Assembly: GCA_013329045.1 (NCBI GenBank)
Contig: DUKZ01000015.1
Location: 159-64,158, forward strand
DNA length: 64,000 nucleotides
Origin: Candidatus Woesearchaeota archaeon
GTDB taxonomy: Archaea; Nanobdellota; Nanobdellia; Woesearchaeales; UBA9989
Reading direction: 5' to 3'
Shown here: positions 27,193 through 38,557 of the stretch, in pieces
How positions within the stretch are numbered: position 1 is the first letter of the stretch
Layout of the letters: every line of letters begins with the position of its first letter
The notes under the pieces: generated by a model
The model's input: only the letters and a program-made list of their open reading frames with translations
The model's database searches: none
What the model was told of the DNA's origin: nothing
Made by a program: the position numbers and the translations under genes

Positions 27193-28302
27193 TCAAAACG
27201 AATTCAACACTTCCACAATCTTATTGCTGGTGATTTTCCAGGAATAATTGTCCTCTATTGTTTTCCTGGCGTTCTTTCCCATCATTTCGGCAAGGCGGTC
27301 ATTCTCCAGAACCCGTTCAATGTTTTTTGCAAGCTCAAAGGAATCGCCCGGCTGGAACAAGAACCCATTATAACCATCCTTGATATAGCTCTTCACATAC
27401 CCAACAGGCGTGCAGACAACCGGGACGGCGCAGGACATTGCCTCCATCGTCGTCAAGGAGGTGGTCTCTGTCAAGGAAGAGAGAACGTAGACATCCATTG
27501 CCTGGTACCAGGGAACAACATCATCCCTTGGACCTGCAAGAAGAATGCTTTTCTTGTCCCCTAGCACCGCTTCATATTCGGGAAGAGACTTGCCGACAAA
27601 CACCAGATAGTAATCAGGATGCTGCTTCCTGAGCATAGAGAACGCATGATAGAGAGTCATGGGGTTCTTTTCCCGCGCAACCCTTCCAACATACCCAATC
27701 ACTCTTTTTCCAGGAAGAATACCAAGACGCTTTTTTGCCCGGTCTTTGTCCCCTGGCACGAACGTTTCCGTGTTGACCCCCAGATGGACAATAGACCTAT
27801 CTGTCCTGATTCCTGCGCGCAAGATAGTCTCACTTACATCAAAGGATGGGACAAAGAGATGGGTGCACCTGTTATAGCAGAACCTGGCAAAACGCTTGAC
27901 ATTATTATACAACAGCCTCCGATAAATCCCTTTAGAGAGGGAGTTGACCACAAGATCCCATTCGATACAGTGGATAAATGCACAGCGCGGCTTTTTCATC
28001 TTCCAAGCATAATACAGCGCTGCTGCGCCAAGCGGCCCGATATCCTGGATGAATACAATATCGGCCTCCTTGACATATTTCTTCACTAGCTTAAGATTTG
28101 GTTTTGTCGGTGTATAATCACCTGCCTGAAAATGATAGAGCGGGAATCTCACAATATCCACACGATCTTCCTGTGCAAATTCCGGCGCTAAGATCGTGAC
28201 CTTAAAATGCTTTGAGAGGGAGGGGACAAGCTCAGAGAGAAACCTGGAAATCCCATCCCATCTTGGCAGATATGTCCCAGTCGCGATGAGGAGCTTCTTC
28301 AT
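27193..28302 (-). CDS. Glycosyltransferase family 4
   Basis: YVGRVAREKN, ETTSLTTMEAMS, NGFLF.PGD. Confidence 0.93.
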   Translation of the reverse strand: MKKLLIATGTYLPRWDGISRFLSELVPSLSKHFKVTILAPEFAQEDRVDIVRFPLYHFQAGDYTPTKPNLKLVKKYVKEADIVFIQDIGPLGAAALYYAWKMKKPRCAFIHCIEWDLVVNSLSKGIYRRLLYNNVKRFARFCYNRCTHLFVPSFDVSETILRAGIRTDRSIVHLGVNTETFVPGDKDRAKKRLGILPGKRVIGYVGRVAREKNPMTLYHAFSMLRKQHPDYYLVFVGKSLPEYEAVLGDKKSILLAGPRDDVVPWYQAMDVYVLSSLTETTSLTTMEAMSCAVPVVCTPVGYVKSYIKDGYNGFLFQPGDSFELAKNIERVLENDRLAEMMGKNARKTIEDNYSWKITSNKIVEVLNSF

Positions 28303-28943
28303 CTGATCTTGTAAAATTCCTCCGCATATCTGCAGTGGTTATTGAACCCTATCAGGATTGCCCTTAAGTACACATTCCACAGCAAGGTAAAAAGAGTCAT
28401 CTTTTGAGACCTGTGCACCTTGAATGATTTTATCTTGGTCTGGAACGTCTCTGTAATATCCACAACCATCTTTGGCACATTCCTCTTCCTGATGTTAATA
28501 GGATTCCATACATTAAATGAATACACATCACCCCTGTAATGGGACTTTTTGGTGAGATCCTGGACAAATTTATAGACTGCCTGGTGGTCTGGATGGGGAT
28601 CATCGATGGAATGGGTAAATATCTTCCCTGGCTTTTTTTCCTTTAACTCCTGGAGAAGGAACTTGTCCACCTGCTTTTCCTTGATCTCATCCAAAAATTT
28701 TCCTTCCTTTAGACCAAAATGCTGGATCAAAGAGCCCCCAAGGATGGCATTTGACTCGAATGATTCTTTTGCCCGCATCTCTGCTGTGATCTCTGCCTTG
28801 AAATGCATATGGGAAGCCTCACCAAAAGACATGACATACGTCTCTACCTGCTTTCCCTCCTTTGCGTATTTTGCAAGGGTACCGCCAGCTCCAATGATCT
28901 GGTCATCATTATGGGCGCATATCACCCAGACAATGCTGCTCAT
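28299..28943 (-). CDS. PIG-L/LmbE family deacetylase
   Basis: AHNDD..IGAGGT, D.HPDH, H.SQ, AEEF. Confidence 0.92.
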   Translation of the reverse strand: MSSIVWVICAHNDDQIIGAGGTLAKYAKEGKQVETYVMSFGEASHMHFKAEITAEMRAKESFESNAILGGSLIQHFGLKEGKFLDEIKEKQVDKFLLQELKEKKPGKIFTHSIDDPHPDHQAVYKFVQDLTKKSHYRGDVYSFNVWNPINIRKRNVPKMVVDITETFQTKIKSFKVHRSQKMTLFTLLWNVYLRAILIGFNNHCRYAEEFYKIR

Positions 28944-29219
28944 GAGAGGCGAGTTGGGGGAGAAGCTATTTAAGGGTTTTCATAAAATGGAAAGCAGATG
29001 AATCTGGGCAATGTTGATTTTCTGATCACCAGGAAGAAGCAAAGAAGAGAATGAATCATAGGGAAAAAATTCTTTCTCTCACCAGCATTTTCCCTGCCTG
29101 TCAAATGCGGCTCATCATCGACAGGACTTTTTTCCCTGCCTTGCACGCAAGATAGCATCATTCCAGGAGATAAAAGCTTTTTAATGGGCCTATATTTTTA
29201 TCATTTGGAGGGGAAAACA

Positions 29220-30524
29220 ATGACATTTGAATGGATAGATCAGGCATTGTCCGAAATTGGGGAGTGGACAAAAGACCCGCGAGAGACGATCGCTGGAGGG
29301 GGAAATGTCTCATTTTTTGAAGGTGATAAGATGCTCATCTCTGCTAGCGGCAGGCCGCTTGCTGGTATCACAAGAGACCGGCTGGTAGGAACGAGTGTCA
29401 GCGCAGGCCTTGATGCAATAGCAGAGTGCTACCCAAATGACCCTGTCCTTCGTGAAAATATGTTCGATGCTACACGACCAAGGATGGTTGTTGGAGGGGA
29501 TGGAATAGTAAAACCATCGATTGAACATCCAGTGCACGCAGTCCTGGCACATGAGATGATGGTTGGAGGATACAATCGGGGCATGGTGTATCACCCCCAT
29601 GCAACACCACTCACAGCGCTTTGTGCATCAGCAAAAAATCATGAATATATGAAAGTCATCCTTGGAGAGGGTGCTCTCTGGATGGATTTTGATATCCCGG
29701 GAATCATGCTCGGCAGACATGCGCAAGAATTATTCAGGAACCAGAGAGGACCGATGATCACCTTGATGCAACAAAATCATGGAGCTTTCTTTGCTGCACC
29801 AGATTTTAGCATCATAAAAAGCCAACGAGCCATGGTCCTTGGCAAAGTTGAAGAGTATCTTGATCAGGTTGTTGATCCATGGGTGAGGGCAGAACCCCTC
29901 GCACCAGGCATTCTTGATGCGCCCATATTGAGGACTGCTGCAGATGGGATATACCAGGCAGTCTTTGGGGATGAAGGTGGTTCATTCTCTACAAAAACTC
30001 TTATCGATGGCTCATCTGTCCTTGCCCTTCGGGGAGAACGGGGCGTTGTATACATCTCAAAAAATGAATTGACAACCAATTATTCGGCATCTGAACATGC
30101 ACAGGAGATCGAAGGCACACTCTTTTGGCTCAGCCCAGACCATATCGTCTCAGGAGGGCTGTTTGAGAGCTATGTATATCTTCCCCGAGATGAACGGGGT
30201 GCTCCATTGTGCAGCATGGAGGTCCAAAGTCTCACAGATCATATCAGAGAGCATGCACAAACAGAAAAGTTTGGCACAAGACCAATCACCTATGTTATCG
30301 AGGGAATTGGAATTGCAACAGTTGGCGGCCATTACCAAGGAGATCCTACTGTTCGGGCAACAAATGCCATGCTCGTTACCCATGATGCATTATTGTGCGA
30401 AGCGTACGGAACCGCATTTGGAGGCCTTCGAAGGTTCTCACTTGCCCAGGCAGAATTCATCGGCAACAAGTGGGTCGTCGAACAGGAACGGAAAAGAATC
30501 ATGGGTGTTGCAAGCACGAAATAA
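29220..30524 (+). CDS. Class II aldolase/adducin family protein (RhaD-like, divergent)
   Basis: GGGNVS, ISASG..L, KPSIE...HA, HPH, QNHG. Confidence 0.75.
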   Translation: MTFEWIDQALSEIGEWTKDPRETIAGGGNVSFFEGDKMLISASGRPLAGITRDRLVGTSVSAGLDAIAECYPNDPVLRENMFDATRPRMVVGGDGIVKPSIEHPVHAVLAHEMMVGGYNRGMVYHPHATPLTALCASAKNHEYMKVILGEGALWMDFDIPGIMLGRHAQELFRNQRGPMITLMQQNHGAFFAAPDFSIIKSQRAMVLGKVEEYLDQVVDPWVRAEPLAPGILDAPILRTAADGIYQAVFGDEGGSFSTKTLIDGSSVLALRGERGVVYISKNELTTNYSASEHAQEIEGTLFWLSPDHIVSGGLFESYVYLPRDERGAPLCSMEVQSLTDHIREHAQTEKFGTRPITYVIEGIGIATVGGHYQGDPTVRATNAMLVTHDALLCEAYGTAFGGLRRFSLAQAEFIGNKWVVEQERKRIMGVASTK

Positions 30525-30611
30525 ACCAAGTGCAACCTCTCATTTATATTTCAGGGTAGATCTTAGTAGGGGATTATAGATCACCTGCAATCCTGACTTA
30601 ACAAGAGAAAT

Positions 30612-31481
30612 CTAGTAGTGGGCTGCAGGGCCGACCATTTCTCCATCAACCCTCGCCTGTACCGGCAACTGTGTATCCAAGGAAACTGTCTCGTAGACAG
30701 GAAGCCAGGTTTGCCCAAATCCGTCAAGATGAACCCCTACTCGTGCAAGAAAGAGATGGAGTGGTGTTGCTAGCTTTGATGAATGAACACAGAGCTGCAT
30801 CCTGCCATCATTAAGATATGCTCTTGTATCGAACGGGATGATGCCAATCCTTGGCCCGTTTGAGACAGCAATATTGAAATAGTGAGTGATCCTGGAGTAT
30901 CCAGGTAATCTGATAGCTAAAGAATCAACTGGACACTCTTTTGCCAATCGCAATAAACCCTGAGGGCCTATCCCTTCTAACCCTCCAGCCTCGCCGATTA
31001 GTGTGTCCAGTCCAGCACCAAAATTATTGAGAAAATAGACAACATGATCATTGACTTCAACTGCCCCTATGTCAACAGCAAGCTTTGGAACAACGCTCCA
31101 AGACCCAACATGGAATAACGTATCGATATCCTTTACCGAGCGTATTCCAAGAGCCTGCGCGAATTGTGCCCCATGCCTTCCTGGTTCATCCGGCAGGAGC
31201 GGGACTGGGATGAAGATTGCTTTGCTTCCAGAATCCATCATGCCTCACACTACGGCAGCAAACGTCCTTGACATGCCAAATGCAATGACTATATCAGGAT
31301 CATTTTCCTGGGGAAGAGGAAAAGAACGATATTCATCAGAAGGATTATCATAGCACATAATAGTCTTCTGAACAATATAGCCACGAAACCACGACTTTAC
31401 CTGCCTGTGGACTTCTCTCTCGTCGATCGGTGCTAACGTATCGAATACTGCCAAAATTCTTTCTAGTTTACCAAGAGCCAT
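30612..31481 (-). pseudogene. Hypothetical protein split by an in-frame TGA at 31245-31247 (or two adjacent in-frame ORFs)
   Basis: ...FAAVV*GMMDSG...; both ORFs share one reading frame. Confidence 0.45.
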
Positions 31482-31492
31482 TTTGAAAAAAA

Positions 31493-31605
31493 TGCGCCGG
31501 CCGGGACTTTCATGCTGATGCGTCAGGCATTCCTTCCTCATCAACTATTTGAACCCGGATAAACGGCTTGGAAGGCCGTTGTCATAGCCATTAGACCACC
31601 GGCGC
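31493..31605 (-). tRNA. tRNA-Gly(TCC) with 41-nt intron in the T-loop at 59/60 (intron 31507-31547)
   Basis: GCGCCGG acceptor stem; ACGGC-CTTCCAA-GCCGT; TTCA/TGAA central helix with AA|T and AG|T bulges. Confidence 0.92.
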
Positions 31606-31797
31606 ATTATGAGAGAGAAACAGGAGATTGTTTAAAAAGGTTGTTGAAAAAGGTTGTTGATTGTGAATAACCCCTTATGATTTTTATTAAACCATGACAG
31701 CAATAATACTCCCGGCAAAAAACCGCCTTACTGCGTTTGGCTTGGCCTAGATACTAGGCCATTTGCGCCAGTATCATTGCCGTGTGAATATTTTAGG

Positions 31798-32823
31798 CTA
31801 CAGCTTTTCCTTCATCCTTTCAAGAAACCGGGAAAAATCATCTTCCTTGACACATGCGCCAGCAGCGTATTCATGCCCACCGCCATATCCTGTCAGACCA
31901 ACGAGGGCAAAGTCAATGATCTTTGGGAGATCATGGTGGCGGCTCCGAAGGCTCATCTTGACCTCCCCCTTATCAACCCGTCCAACAACAATCACCTTGT
32001 CAGGATAGAGATGGGACAGCTCATTTGCAATGTCTTTTGAGAGGCTGTACTTCGGGTTTGCATAAGAATACAAGACGAGTTTTCCTGTGGCATCGACTGC
32101 CTTTGCCTGCTGGAGCAAGGAAGTAAATTCCTTATTGATCTCGTCGTATTTCTTGAGGATAAACTTTGCCCTTGGCGTCTCTTTGTTCAACAGTTCCCTT
32201 GGCCCCTCAATCCTGCCCATGGCAATTGCATATTTCATCGCATCATTTGACTTTCCCATCAACATGAATGAAAATATCCTGACGAGCGTCTTCATCTCTG
32301 TCTCGAAGAGGACCGTCTCTGGATCGGTCATTCCTGGGGGAAGAATGTCGGGGTATAGTTTTGAGAATTCCTCAGCAAAATCCGGATAATACCAATCCCC
32401 AAAAGAACCGATGACGGCCAGCCATAAGTCCTGCCTGAGCACATGATAGCATAAAGCAGTGACGGGAATGCTCTCATTCCCGTTGTTTCTTGGGTTGAAG
32501 TACAACGCTTTTCCAGGATCAAATGGCCCATGGTGATCAATCCAGATGATTGGCACCTTGACCTTCTCCATGAATTCCTCATGAATATTTGCCAAGTCGA
32601 GCACGAAAATCTTATCTGGATTATATTCTTCGACTCTTCTCAAAAAACGCTTATCAACTGTCGGGTACGATTTCACGCTCACCCCATGGCCTTCCTTTTT
32701 GTACTTATAGAACTGAAGATACGAACACACACCATCCGGATCATCATGAAAAAAGAAGAGGGGATTATTGCAATTGTCCAATTCTTCCTTTATCTTCCTT
32801 AATTGCTCATTTGTCAGGCCCAT
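31798..32823 (-). CDS. DHH/DHHA1 family phosphoesterase
   Basis: HDDPDG, LDL, IDHH, SLRS, GGGHEYAAG. Confidence 0.92.
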   Translation of the reverse strand: MGLTNEQLRKIKEELDNCNNPLFFFHDDPDGVCSYLQFYKYKKEGHGVSVKSYPTVDKRFLRRVEEYNPDKIFVLDLANIHEEFMEKVKVPIIWIDHHGPFDPGKALYFNPRNNGNESIPVTALCYHVLRQDLWLAVIGSFGDWYYPDFAEEFSKLYPDILPPGMTDPETVLFETEMKTLVRIFSFMLMGKSNDAMKYAIAMGRIEGPRELLNKETPRAKFILKKYDEINKEFTSLLQQAKAVDATGKLVLYSYANPKYSLSKDIANELSHLYPDKVIVVGRVDKGEVKMSLRSRHHDLPKIIDFALVGLTGYGGGHEYAAGACVKEDDFSRFLERMKEKL

Positions 32824-32855
32824 AGAGAATGAAAGAACAGTTTTCTTAAAAATGT

Positions 32856-33479
32856 TTAGTTTTCCCCCGCCTTCTTCTTTATCCTTTTCATCCTGAACGT
32901 GTTTTCTCTTTCCATCTCCTCCAGGCGAAAACGGATATACGACTGGACTTTTTTGAAACGGGGGATCACCTCAAATTCCAATGCGTTCACGCGGCGCTTT
33001 GTCTTTTCAATCTCCCGAAGCAGCTTTTTCATCGTTGTCTCAGACTCAGCTGCCCTGATAATCTTCTGCACGACAATCTCATATGCTTTTGCAGCCTCGT
33101 CAATCATCACTGAAGCGGTGAGAAAACCATACCCCCTCTGGTAGAACTTCTTCTCGACCTGCTCACCAGAGATAATGGGGACGAGAACACCCATGATATT
33201 CTTGCTTGACATCTCAACTGTCGGCTGATGAGAAGCAGTAAAAGAGATGCTCCTCACGACCGCATCTGTCTCCTGCGCCCTTGTTATGTTGATCTTCATC
33301 AACGCATCCTTGTAGGCATCAACGAGCTCTTTCCTGACAGACTTTGCCTCCTTTAGTATCTCAAAGAACTCGAGGATGAGCCCATCTCGCTTCTTCTTGA
33401 GCAGCTTATGGCCGGAGACTGCCATCTTAATCTGGCGCTTCACCTTCATCAATTCAGACCTTGTTGGCTTGACATTCAT
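32856..33479 (-). CDS. atpD: A/V-type ATP synthase subunit D
   Basis: PTRSELM...[10 protein letters not shown]...TKRRVNALE. Confidence 0.96.
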   Translation of the reverse strand: MNVKPTRSELMKVKRQIKMAVSGHKLLKKKRDGLILEFFEILKEAKSVRKELVDAYKDALMKINITRAQETDAVVRSISFTASHQPTVEMSSKNIMGVLVPIISGEQVEKKFYQRGYGFLTASVMIDEAAKAYEIVVQKIIRAAESETTMKKLLREIEKTKRRVNALEFEVIPRFKKVQSYIRFRLEEMERENTFRMKRIKKKAGEN

Positions 33480-34921
33480 TTTTTCTTTCCTTTTATCTCC
33501 GCAGAGAGGCGTTCGACATTTTCCTTTGCCTTCTGTTCCCTGCCAAGGGATTCTACCGCCTTTTGCAGATACTTTTCCTTTATTGCCGGAGCGATCCTTC
33601 CAAGGTCTCGATCCTCAAGGGAAGTGAACATCTTCCAGGCGATTTCCAGTGTGTCCAGGATGCTTCGATCCTCCTTTTTTCCCTGGCGCACAAATGTTTT
33701 TTCGAACGATTCTGCAAACTTGAGAATCTTCTTGTCTCTCTCAGACAATGCTTCTTCGCCAACAACGGCCACAAGACCCCTCAGGTCCCTGCCTTCCGCA
33801 TACCCCGCATACAGCTGATCTGATACCTGCTTATGGTCATCCCTTGTCTTTTCTGCACCGATGCCAAGGTTCATGAGCCTTGACAAGGAGGGGAGGACAT
33901 CGATTGGCGGATAAATGCCTTTCATGTGCAGTTCCCTTGAGAGAACAATTTGCCCCTCAGTGATATAGCCAGAGAGGTCAGGAATTGGGTGGGTGATGTC
34001 ATCACCGATCATTGTCAATACAGGAATTTGTGTTATGGAGCCTTTCTTTCCCTTAATCATACCAGCGCGCTCATAGATCTGTGCTAAGTCTGTGTACATG
34101 TACCCAGGATACCCTCTTCTTCCGGGCACTTCTTCCCTTGCCGCGCCAATCTCCCGGAGGGACTCGCAATAGTTTGTCATGTCCGTCAAGATGACAAGAA
34201 CGTGCATGTCCTTTTCAAACGCCAAAAACTCTGCTGCTGTCAGGGCCATCCTTGGAGTCACAAGCCTCTCTACTGCCGGATCGTCTGCAAGGTTGAGGAA
34301 CACGATGGACCTTTGGAGAGCGCCTGTCTGCTCAAAGTCCCTCATGAAGTACTGGGCTTCTTCATTCGTGATACCCATTGCTGCGAAAATCACGACAAAT
34401 TTTTCCTTCTGGCCAATCACTTTTGCCTGCCTTGCGATCTGGAGGGCAATCTCATTGTGAGGGAGGCCTGAGCCTGAGAAGATGGGGAGCTTTTGGCCCC
34501 TCACCAGCGTATTTGTCGCATCAATTGTGGATATCCCTGTCTGGATAAAATTTGCCGGCTGGCCCCTTGAATAGGGATTGATGGCAGCGCCGATGATATC
34601 GATCTTCTTTTCAGGGATAATCTCTGGACCCTGGTCAATTGGCGCTCCTGCACCATTAAAGATCCTTCCCAGCATCTCTTCAGATACGCCAATCTTGATG
34701 TTTTCGCCAAGAAACTTGACCCTGGATGCGCGATCAATACCAGTTGTTCCCTCAAATACCTGGACAACAACAATCTCTTCTGCAGTATCCAGCACTTGAC
34801 CGTTCTTCTCCTGGCCATCCGGCAAAAGTATCTTGACGAGCTCGCCATACCCGACCGGTTCTGTCTTCTGGACAAATACCAATGGACCTGCAATCCGCGA
34901 AATAGTCTTGTATTCTCTCAT
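33476..34921 (-). CDS. atpB: A/V-type ATP synthase subunit B
   Basis: [44 protein letters not shown]. Confidence 0.98.
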   Translation of the reverse strand: MREYKTISRIAGPLVFVQKTEPVGYGELVKILLPDGQEKNGQVLDTAEEIVVVQVFEGTTGIDRASRVKFLGENIKIGVSEEMLGRIFNGAGAPIDQGPEIIPEKKIDIIGAAINPYSRGQPANFIQTGISTIDATNTLVRGQKLPIFSGSGLPHNEIALQIARQAKVIGQKEKFVVIFAAMGITNEEAQYFMRDFEQTGALQRSIVFLNLADDPAVERLVTPRMALTAAEFLAFEKDMHVLVILTDMTNYCESLREIGAAREEVPGRRGYPGYMYTDLAQIYERAGMIKGKKGSITQIPVLTMIGDDITHPIPDLSGYITEGQIVLSRELHMKGIYPPIDVLPSLSRLMNLGIGAEKTRDDHKQVSDQLYAGYAEGRDLRGLVAVVGEEALSERDKKILKFAESFEKTFVRQGKKEDRSILDTLEIAWKMFTSLEDRDLGRIAPAIKEKYLQKAVESLGREQKAKENVERLSAEIKGKKK

Positions 34922-34922
34922 C

Positions 34923-36665
34923 TTATTTACCCGCCTTCAATTTTGCAAATTCCTGATCGATCTCCTTTGTGATCTCGCCTAGGATTTTTTTATGGTCCTT
35001 GTCAAACCTCACTTCGCCAATTTTGTTTTTTGCCTGCACATTGATGATGTCATGCACACGGATCCCAGCTTCCAAGGCCTGCGTTGCCATATTCCGGTAA
35101 TGGCTGATCGTCTTCATCAACAAGTAGGATTTTTCCAATTCACAAAAAGAATCGACTTCATGGAACGCATTTTGCTGGAGAACAAATTCCCTCATCAACC
35201 GGGCAACTTCCAGTGTGAGCTGCTCCCTTTCAGGAAGAGCATCCGAGCCGACGAGCTGCACAATCTCCATGAGCTTATCCTCCTCCTGAAGAACAGCTGC
35301 CATCATGCTCACCAACTCCTGCCAGTCTGCTGCAACATTCTTTGCAAACCAGGGCTCCAGCGTATCATGATAGAGGCTGTATGAGGTGAGCCAATTGATC
35401 GAAGGAAAGTGCCTTCGCTGCGCGAGCTTTGCGTCAAGGGCCCAGAATGTCTTTGTGACTCTCAACGTGGATTGTGTGACTGGCTCTGAGAAATCACCCC
35501 CTGGAGGAGAGACAGCACCAATTATTGAGACAGAGCCTTCCTTTTCGATGCCAAGAGGAATGACTTTTCCTGCCCGCTCGTAGAACTCTGCCAGCCTTGT
35601 CGAGAGATAAGCAGGGTATCCTTCTTCTCCTGGCATTTCCTCTAGACGCGAGGAAATCTCCCTCATCGCCTCCGCCCATCGGGAGGTAGAATCCGCCATC
35701 AGTGCAACATCATAGCCCATGTCACGATAATATTCCGCGATGGTAACACCAGTATAGATAGACGCTTCCCTTGCTGCAACCGGCATATTAGAGGTATTGG
35801 CGATGAGGACCGTCCTGTTCATCAGGGGCCTACCCGTCTTTGGATCCTGCAGATGCGGAAATTCGTTGAGAACCTCGGTCATCTCATTTCCACGCTCACC
35901 ACAACCAATATACACGATGATATCAGCATCGCACCATTTGGCAAGCTGCTGCTGGGATACTGTCTTTCCTGCACCAAACGGCCCGGGAATAGCAGCAGTG
36001 CCACCTTTTGCCAAAGGAAAGAGCACATCAAAAATCCTTTGGCCAGTAATGAGAGGAACGAGGGGAGCTAATTTCCTTGTCACTGGCCTGGGCTTTCTTA
36101 CGGGCCACTTCTGCATGAGCTTGATTTCTCTATCCCCAACTTTACAGATGATATCATCGACTGTGAAACTCCCATCCTTGAGGCCATCAATCTTCCCTTC
36201 AACACCTGGAGGCACCATAATAAGATGTTTTATGCCCTCTGTCTCTTCCACGTCTCCTAGCACTGCGCCGGGCTTGACCATGGCACCAGATTTCAACTGG
36301 GACTTGAATGCCCATTTCTTCTTGTGATCCAGTCCAGGAGCATCGACACCCCTGAGGATAAAATCGCCCATCTGCTTTTGGAGAATTGGCAGTGGACGCT
36401 GGATACCATCATAGATTGAAGTGAGCATACCCGGCCCCAGCTCTACGCTGAGCGATTCCCCAGTGTTTTCCACCGGCTCGCCAGGTCTGAGACCCGATGT
36501 GTCCTCATACACCTGGATGATCGTCTTTTCCCCATCAATCTGGATGACCTCACCCATGAGCTTCTCTTTTCCAACCCTCACCACATCATACATCCTTGCA
36601 TGGATATTCTTTGCGGTAACAACGGGCCCTGCAATTCTCACCAGCATTCCTAATTCTTTTCCCAT
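34923..36665 (-). CDS. atpA: A/V-type ATP synthase subunit A (no intein)
   Basis: [35 protein letters not shown]. Confidence 0.98.
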   Translation of the reverse strand: MGKELGMLVRIAGPVVTAKNIHARMYDVVRVGKEKLMGEVIQIDGEKTIIQVYEDTSGLRPGEPVENTGESLSVELGPGMLTSIYDGIQRPLPILQKQMGDFILRGVDAPGLDHKKKWAFKSQLKSGAMVKPGAVLGDVEETEGIKHLIMVPPGVEGKIDGLKDGSFTVDDIICKVGDREIKLMQKWPVRKPRPVTRKLAPLVPLITGQRIFDVLFPLAKGGTAAIPGPFGAGKTVSQQQLAKWCDADIIVYIGCGERGNEMTEVLNEFPHLQDPKTGRPLMNRTVLIANTSNMPVAAREASIYTGVTIAEYYRDMGYDVALMADSTSRWAEAMREISSRLEEMPGEEGYPAYLSTRLAEFYERAGKVIPLGIEKEGSVSIIGAVSPPGGDFSEPVTQSTLRVTKTFWALDAKLAQRRHFPSINWLTSYSLYHDTLEPWFAKNVAADWQELVSMMAAVLQEEDKLMEIVQLVGSDALPEREQLTLEVARLMREFVLQQNAFHEVDSFCELEKSYLLMKTISHYRNMATQALEAGIRVHDIINVQAKNKIGEVRFDKDHKKILGEITKEIDQEFAKLKAGK

Positions 36666-36946
36666 AAGTCAACACCTATCGATTGTATAATCATCTTGCG
36701 CAGGTTCTCCTGCGAATCTCTCGTCGATAATACCACAATGGTTGGCATCACCATGTTCTCCAACTCAAAACGGCGATACTCCGGGAGCTCCAAAAAAACA
36801 TCCTCATCGAGAATAAGGATTCCCACCTCAGGATCATGTAATATCGAAAAATCTGGCTGGTCTTGAACCTCCTGGACCTTTGTTATGCCGGCCAAGCGAA
36901 AGCCTGTGCAAAACTCTTCCCTTCCAAGCACACAAATCTTCATCAT
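36650..36946 (-). CDS. atpF: A/V-type ATP synthase subunit F
   Basis: KICVLG....TGFRLAGI...SIGVDL. Confidence 0.92.
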   Translation of the reverse strand: MMKICVLGREEFCTGFRLAGITKVQEVQDQPDFSILHDPEVGILILDEDVFLELPEYRRFELENMVMPTIVVLSTRDSQENLRKMIIQSIGVDLWEKN

Positions 36947-37968
36947 ATGATCAATTTTTCCTCAACCAATTTTTCATCAAAATGGACAGTCTTTGCCAGT
37001 ATTATCGTCTTTAGATTCCTCACCTCAATCTCTTTTGCAACCATATAGCTTATGATCGTGAGCACTGAGATCGGATTGAGGTGGGAATAGAGCAGCCCCT
37101 TGTTCATCCAATTCTTGTATAAGTCCAGCTCAATATTGATCAGGGAACTCTCTTTTGTGACAATTTTCTTATACGGCGTTTTTTGGATGATCTTGAGATA
37201 CTCATCCGGCCTTGCCCTTGCGCATTGCTCTAAGATATCTGCATCAAGGTACGCTCCGGAGAAGATCAAGTGATCACGGAGAACGAGTCCATGGCCATCA
37301 TTCCCAACACTTGCAAACCTGAGCAGCGTCCTTATATTGATCAAATCAATCTCCAGCTTGAGGAAATTGGCAAATGCGATCCCATCCTCCCCACGAAGGC
37401 GGCTTGCAAACCCCGCAATTTCTGAATAGTACATCTGATCAAGGTGCATCTCTACTGCTGCTATCCCCTCACCTGACCCATTAAGATGGTAGAGATCACA
37501 ATGGGAGATTACTTCCTCAACAGAACCAAGATCAAAAAGAGCATGCCAGTATGCTTCTCCTTTGCATCCTGCCGGAATGATATAGGGGAGGATATCATCC
37601 TTTCCCAACCCCTGATGCTTGCCCCTCAGGACGGTCTTGAAGTTATGTATGTCCCAGCGCTTGAGATAGAGCTCGAGAACAAACCTTATACCCTCCTGAG
37701 AGATGCGAAGAAGTTTCCTATAGGTCGCAGCAAGGTTCTTGTCCAATGCTTTCATGATGAGCTCTTTTCCCCTCGAGCGAAGCATGTCCTTGTCTATGAA
37801 TTCCTTGTATTCCGTCTCTTCCAGGTATTTTATAATGCTTGGCATCTCCATCTTGAGGAGCTTTGCATAGTCATTCCTGTCGAGAAGCTTCTGGCGCATC
37901 ACAGAAACCCTCGCAAAGGTATATGGATAAATGCCAAGCCGGACTTTCTTGCCTCTTGGCTGATTCAC
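36943..37968 (-). CDS. atpC: A/V-type ATP synthase subunit C (start uncertain)
   Basis: YPYTFARVSVM..KLL, WDIHNFKTVLRGK, KEIEVRNLK; operon position. Confidence 0.9.
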   Translation of the reverse strand: MNQPRGKKVRLGIYPYTFARVSVMRQKLLDRNDYAKLLKMEMPSIIKYLEETEYKEFIDKDMLRSRGKELIMKALDKNLAATYRKLLRISQEGIRFVLELYLKRWDIHNFKTVLRGKHQGLGKDDILPYIIPAGCKGEAYWHALFDLGSVEEVISHCDLYHLNGSGEGIAAVEMHLDQMYYSEIAGFASRLRGEDGIAFANFLKLEIDLINIRTLLRFASVGNDGHGLVLRDHLIFSGAYLDADILEQCARARPDEYLKIIQKTPYKKIVTKESSLINIELDLYKNWMNKGLLYSHLNPISVLTIISYMVAKEIEVRNLKTIILAKTVHFDEKLVEEKLII

Positions 37969-37987
37969 TGTCCTTGCGAAGAGGCCA

Positions 37988-38533
37988 TTAGCCAAACAGC
38001 ACCACCCCGAGCTCGGCCAAGTGCTTCTGCTGGATATCCTTGAGCATCGAGTCAAAGCTGCAATCGATACGAATAGACCCATCACTCGTCTCTGCTATAA
38101 TGCCACCGATGATGTCTGCTGTCTCAACGGCAAATTTTCCTAAAGCTTGGAGAGTTTTCTTGTCCTCCAATCGAACATAGACCGTTGCGACATCCAGCTC
38201 TTTTTGGCAATTCTTCACGAGGGCTTTGAGATATGGTTCCTGGCTTTTCTTCATTATCGACTCCTTTGCCTTCTCAAACACCTCATCGATGATGTCCTTC
38301 TTTGCAACAGAGAGGGCATTTCTCACCTGCACCTCAGCAGTCGAGAGCCCCTGCTTTTGCATCTCATCGACGGTATTCTTTATCTCTTCGTCTACTTTTT
38401 CCTTATACCCCGCGACGCGCTGGTCTACTTGTGAGAGCACTTCAGCTACTTCATCTTTGCCTTCCTTGATAATGCGGTCTGCTTCTTTCTTTGCTTCACT
38501 GAGCAGCTCTTTCTTTACTTCTTCGAGTCCCAT
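37988..38533 (-). CDS. atpE: A/V-type ATP synthase subunit E
   Basis: MGLEEV..., coiled coil, GGII....DG.IRID.SF. Confidence 0.92.
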   Translation of the reverse strand: MGLEEVKKELLSEAKKEADRIIKEGKDEVAEVLSQVDQRVAGYKEKVDEEIKNTVDEMQKQGLSTAEVQVRNALSVAKKDIIDEVFEKAKESIMKKSQEPYLKALVKNCQKELDVATVYVRLEDKKTLQALGKFAVETADIIGGIIAETSDGSIRIDCSFDSMLKDIQQKHLAELGVVLFG

Positions 38534-38557
38534 CTTATTCGTACCTGAAGAACGGCC

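Noticed and set aside
31245-31247. Selenocysteine or alternative genetic code at the in-frame TGA
   Set aside because: No redox-motif context, and TGA terminates many conserved genes in the window
31634-31659. 13-bp tandem repeat aaaaaggttgttg upstream of tRNA-Gly
   Set aside because: Simple duplication beside the TATA box; no further support
34923-36665. Intein in ATPase subunit A
   Set aside because: Length 580 aa with continuous motifs around the P-loop; no insertion
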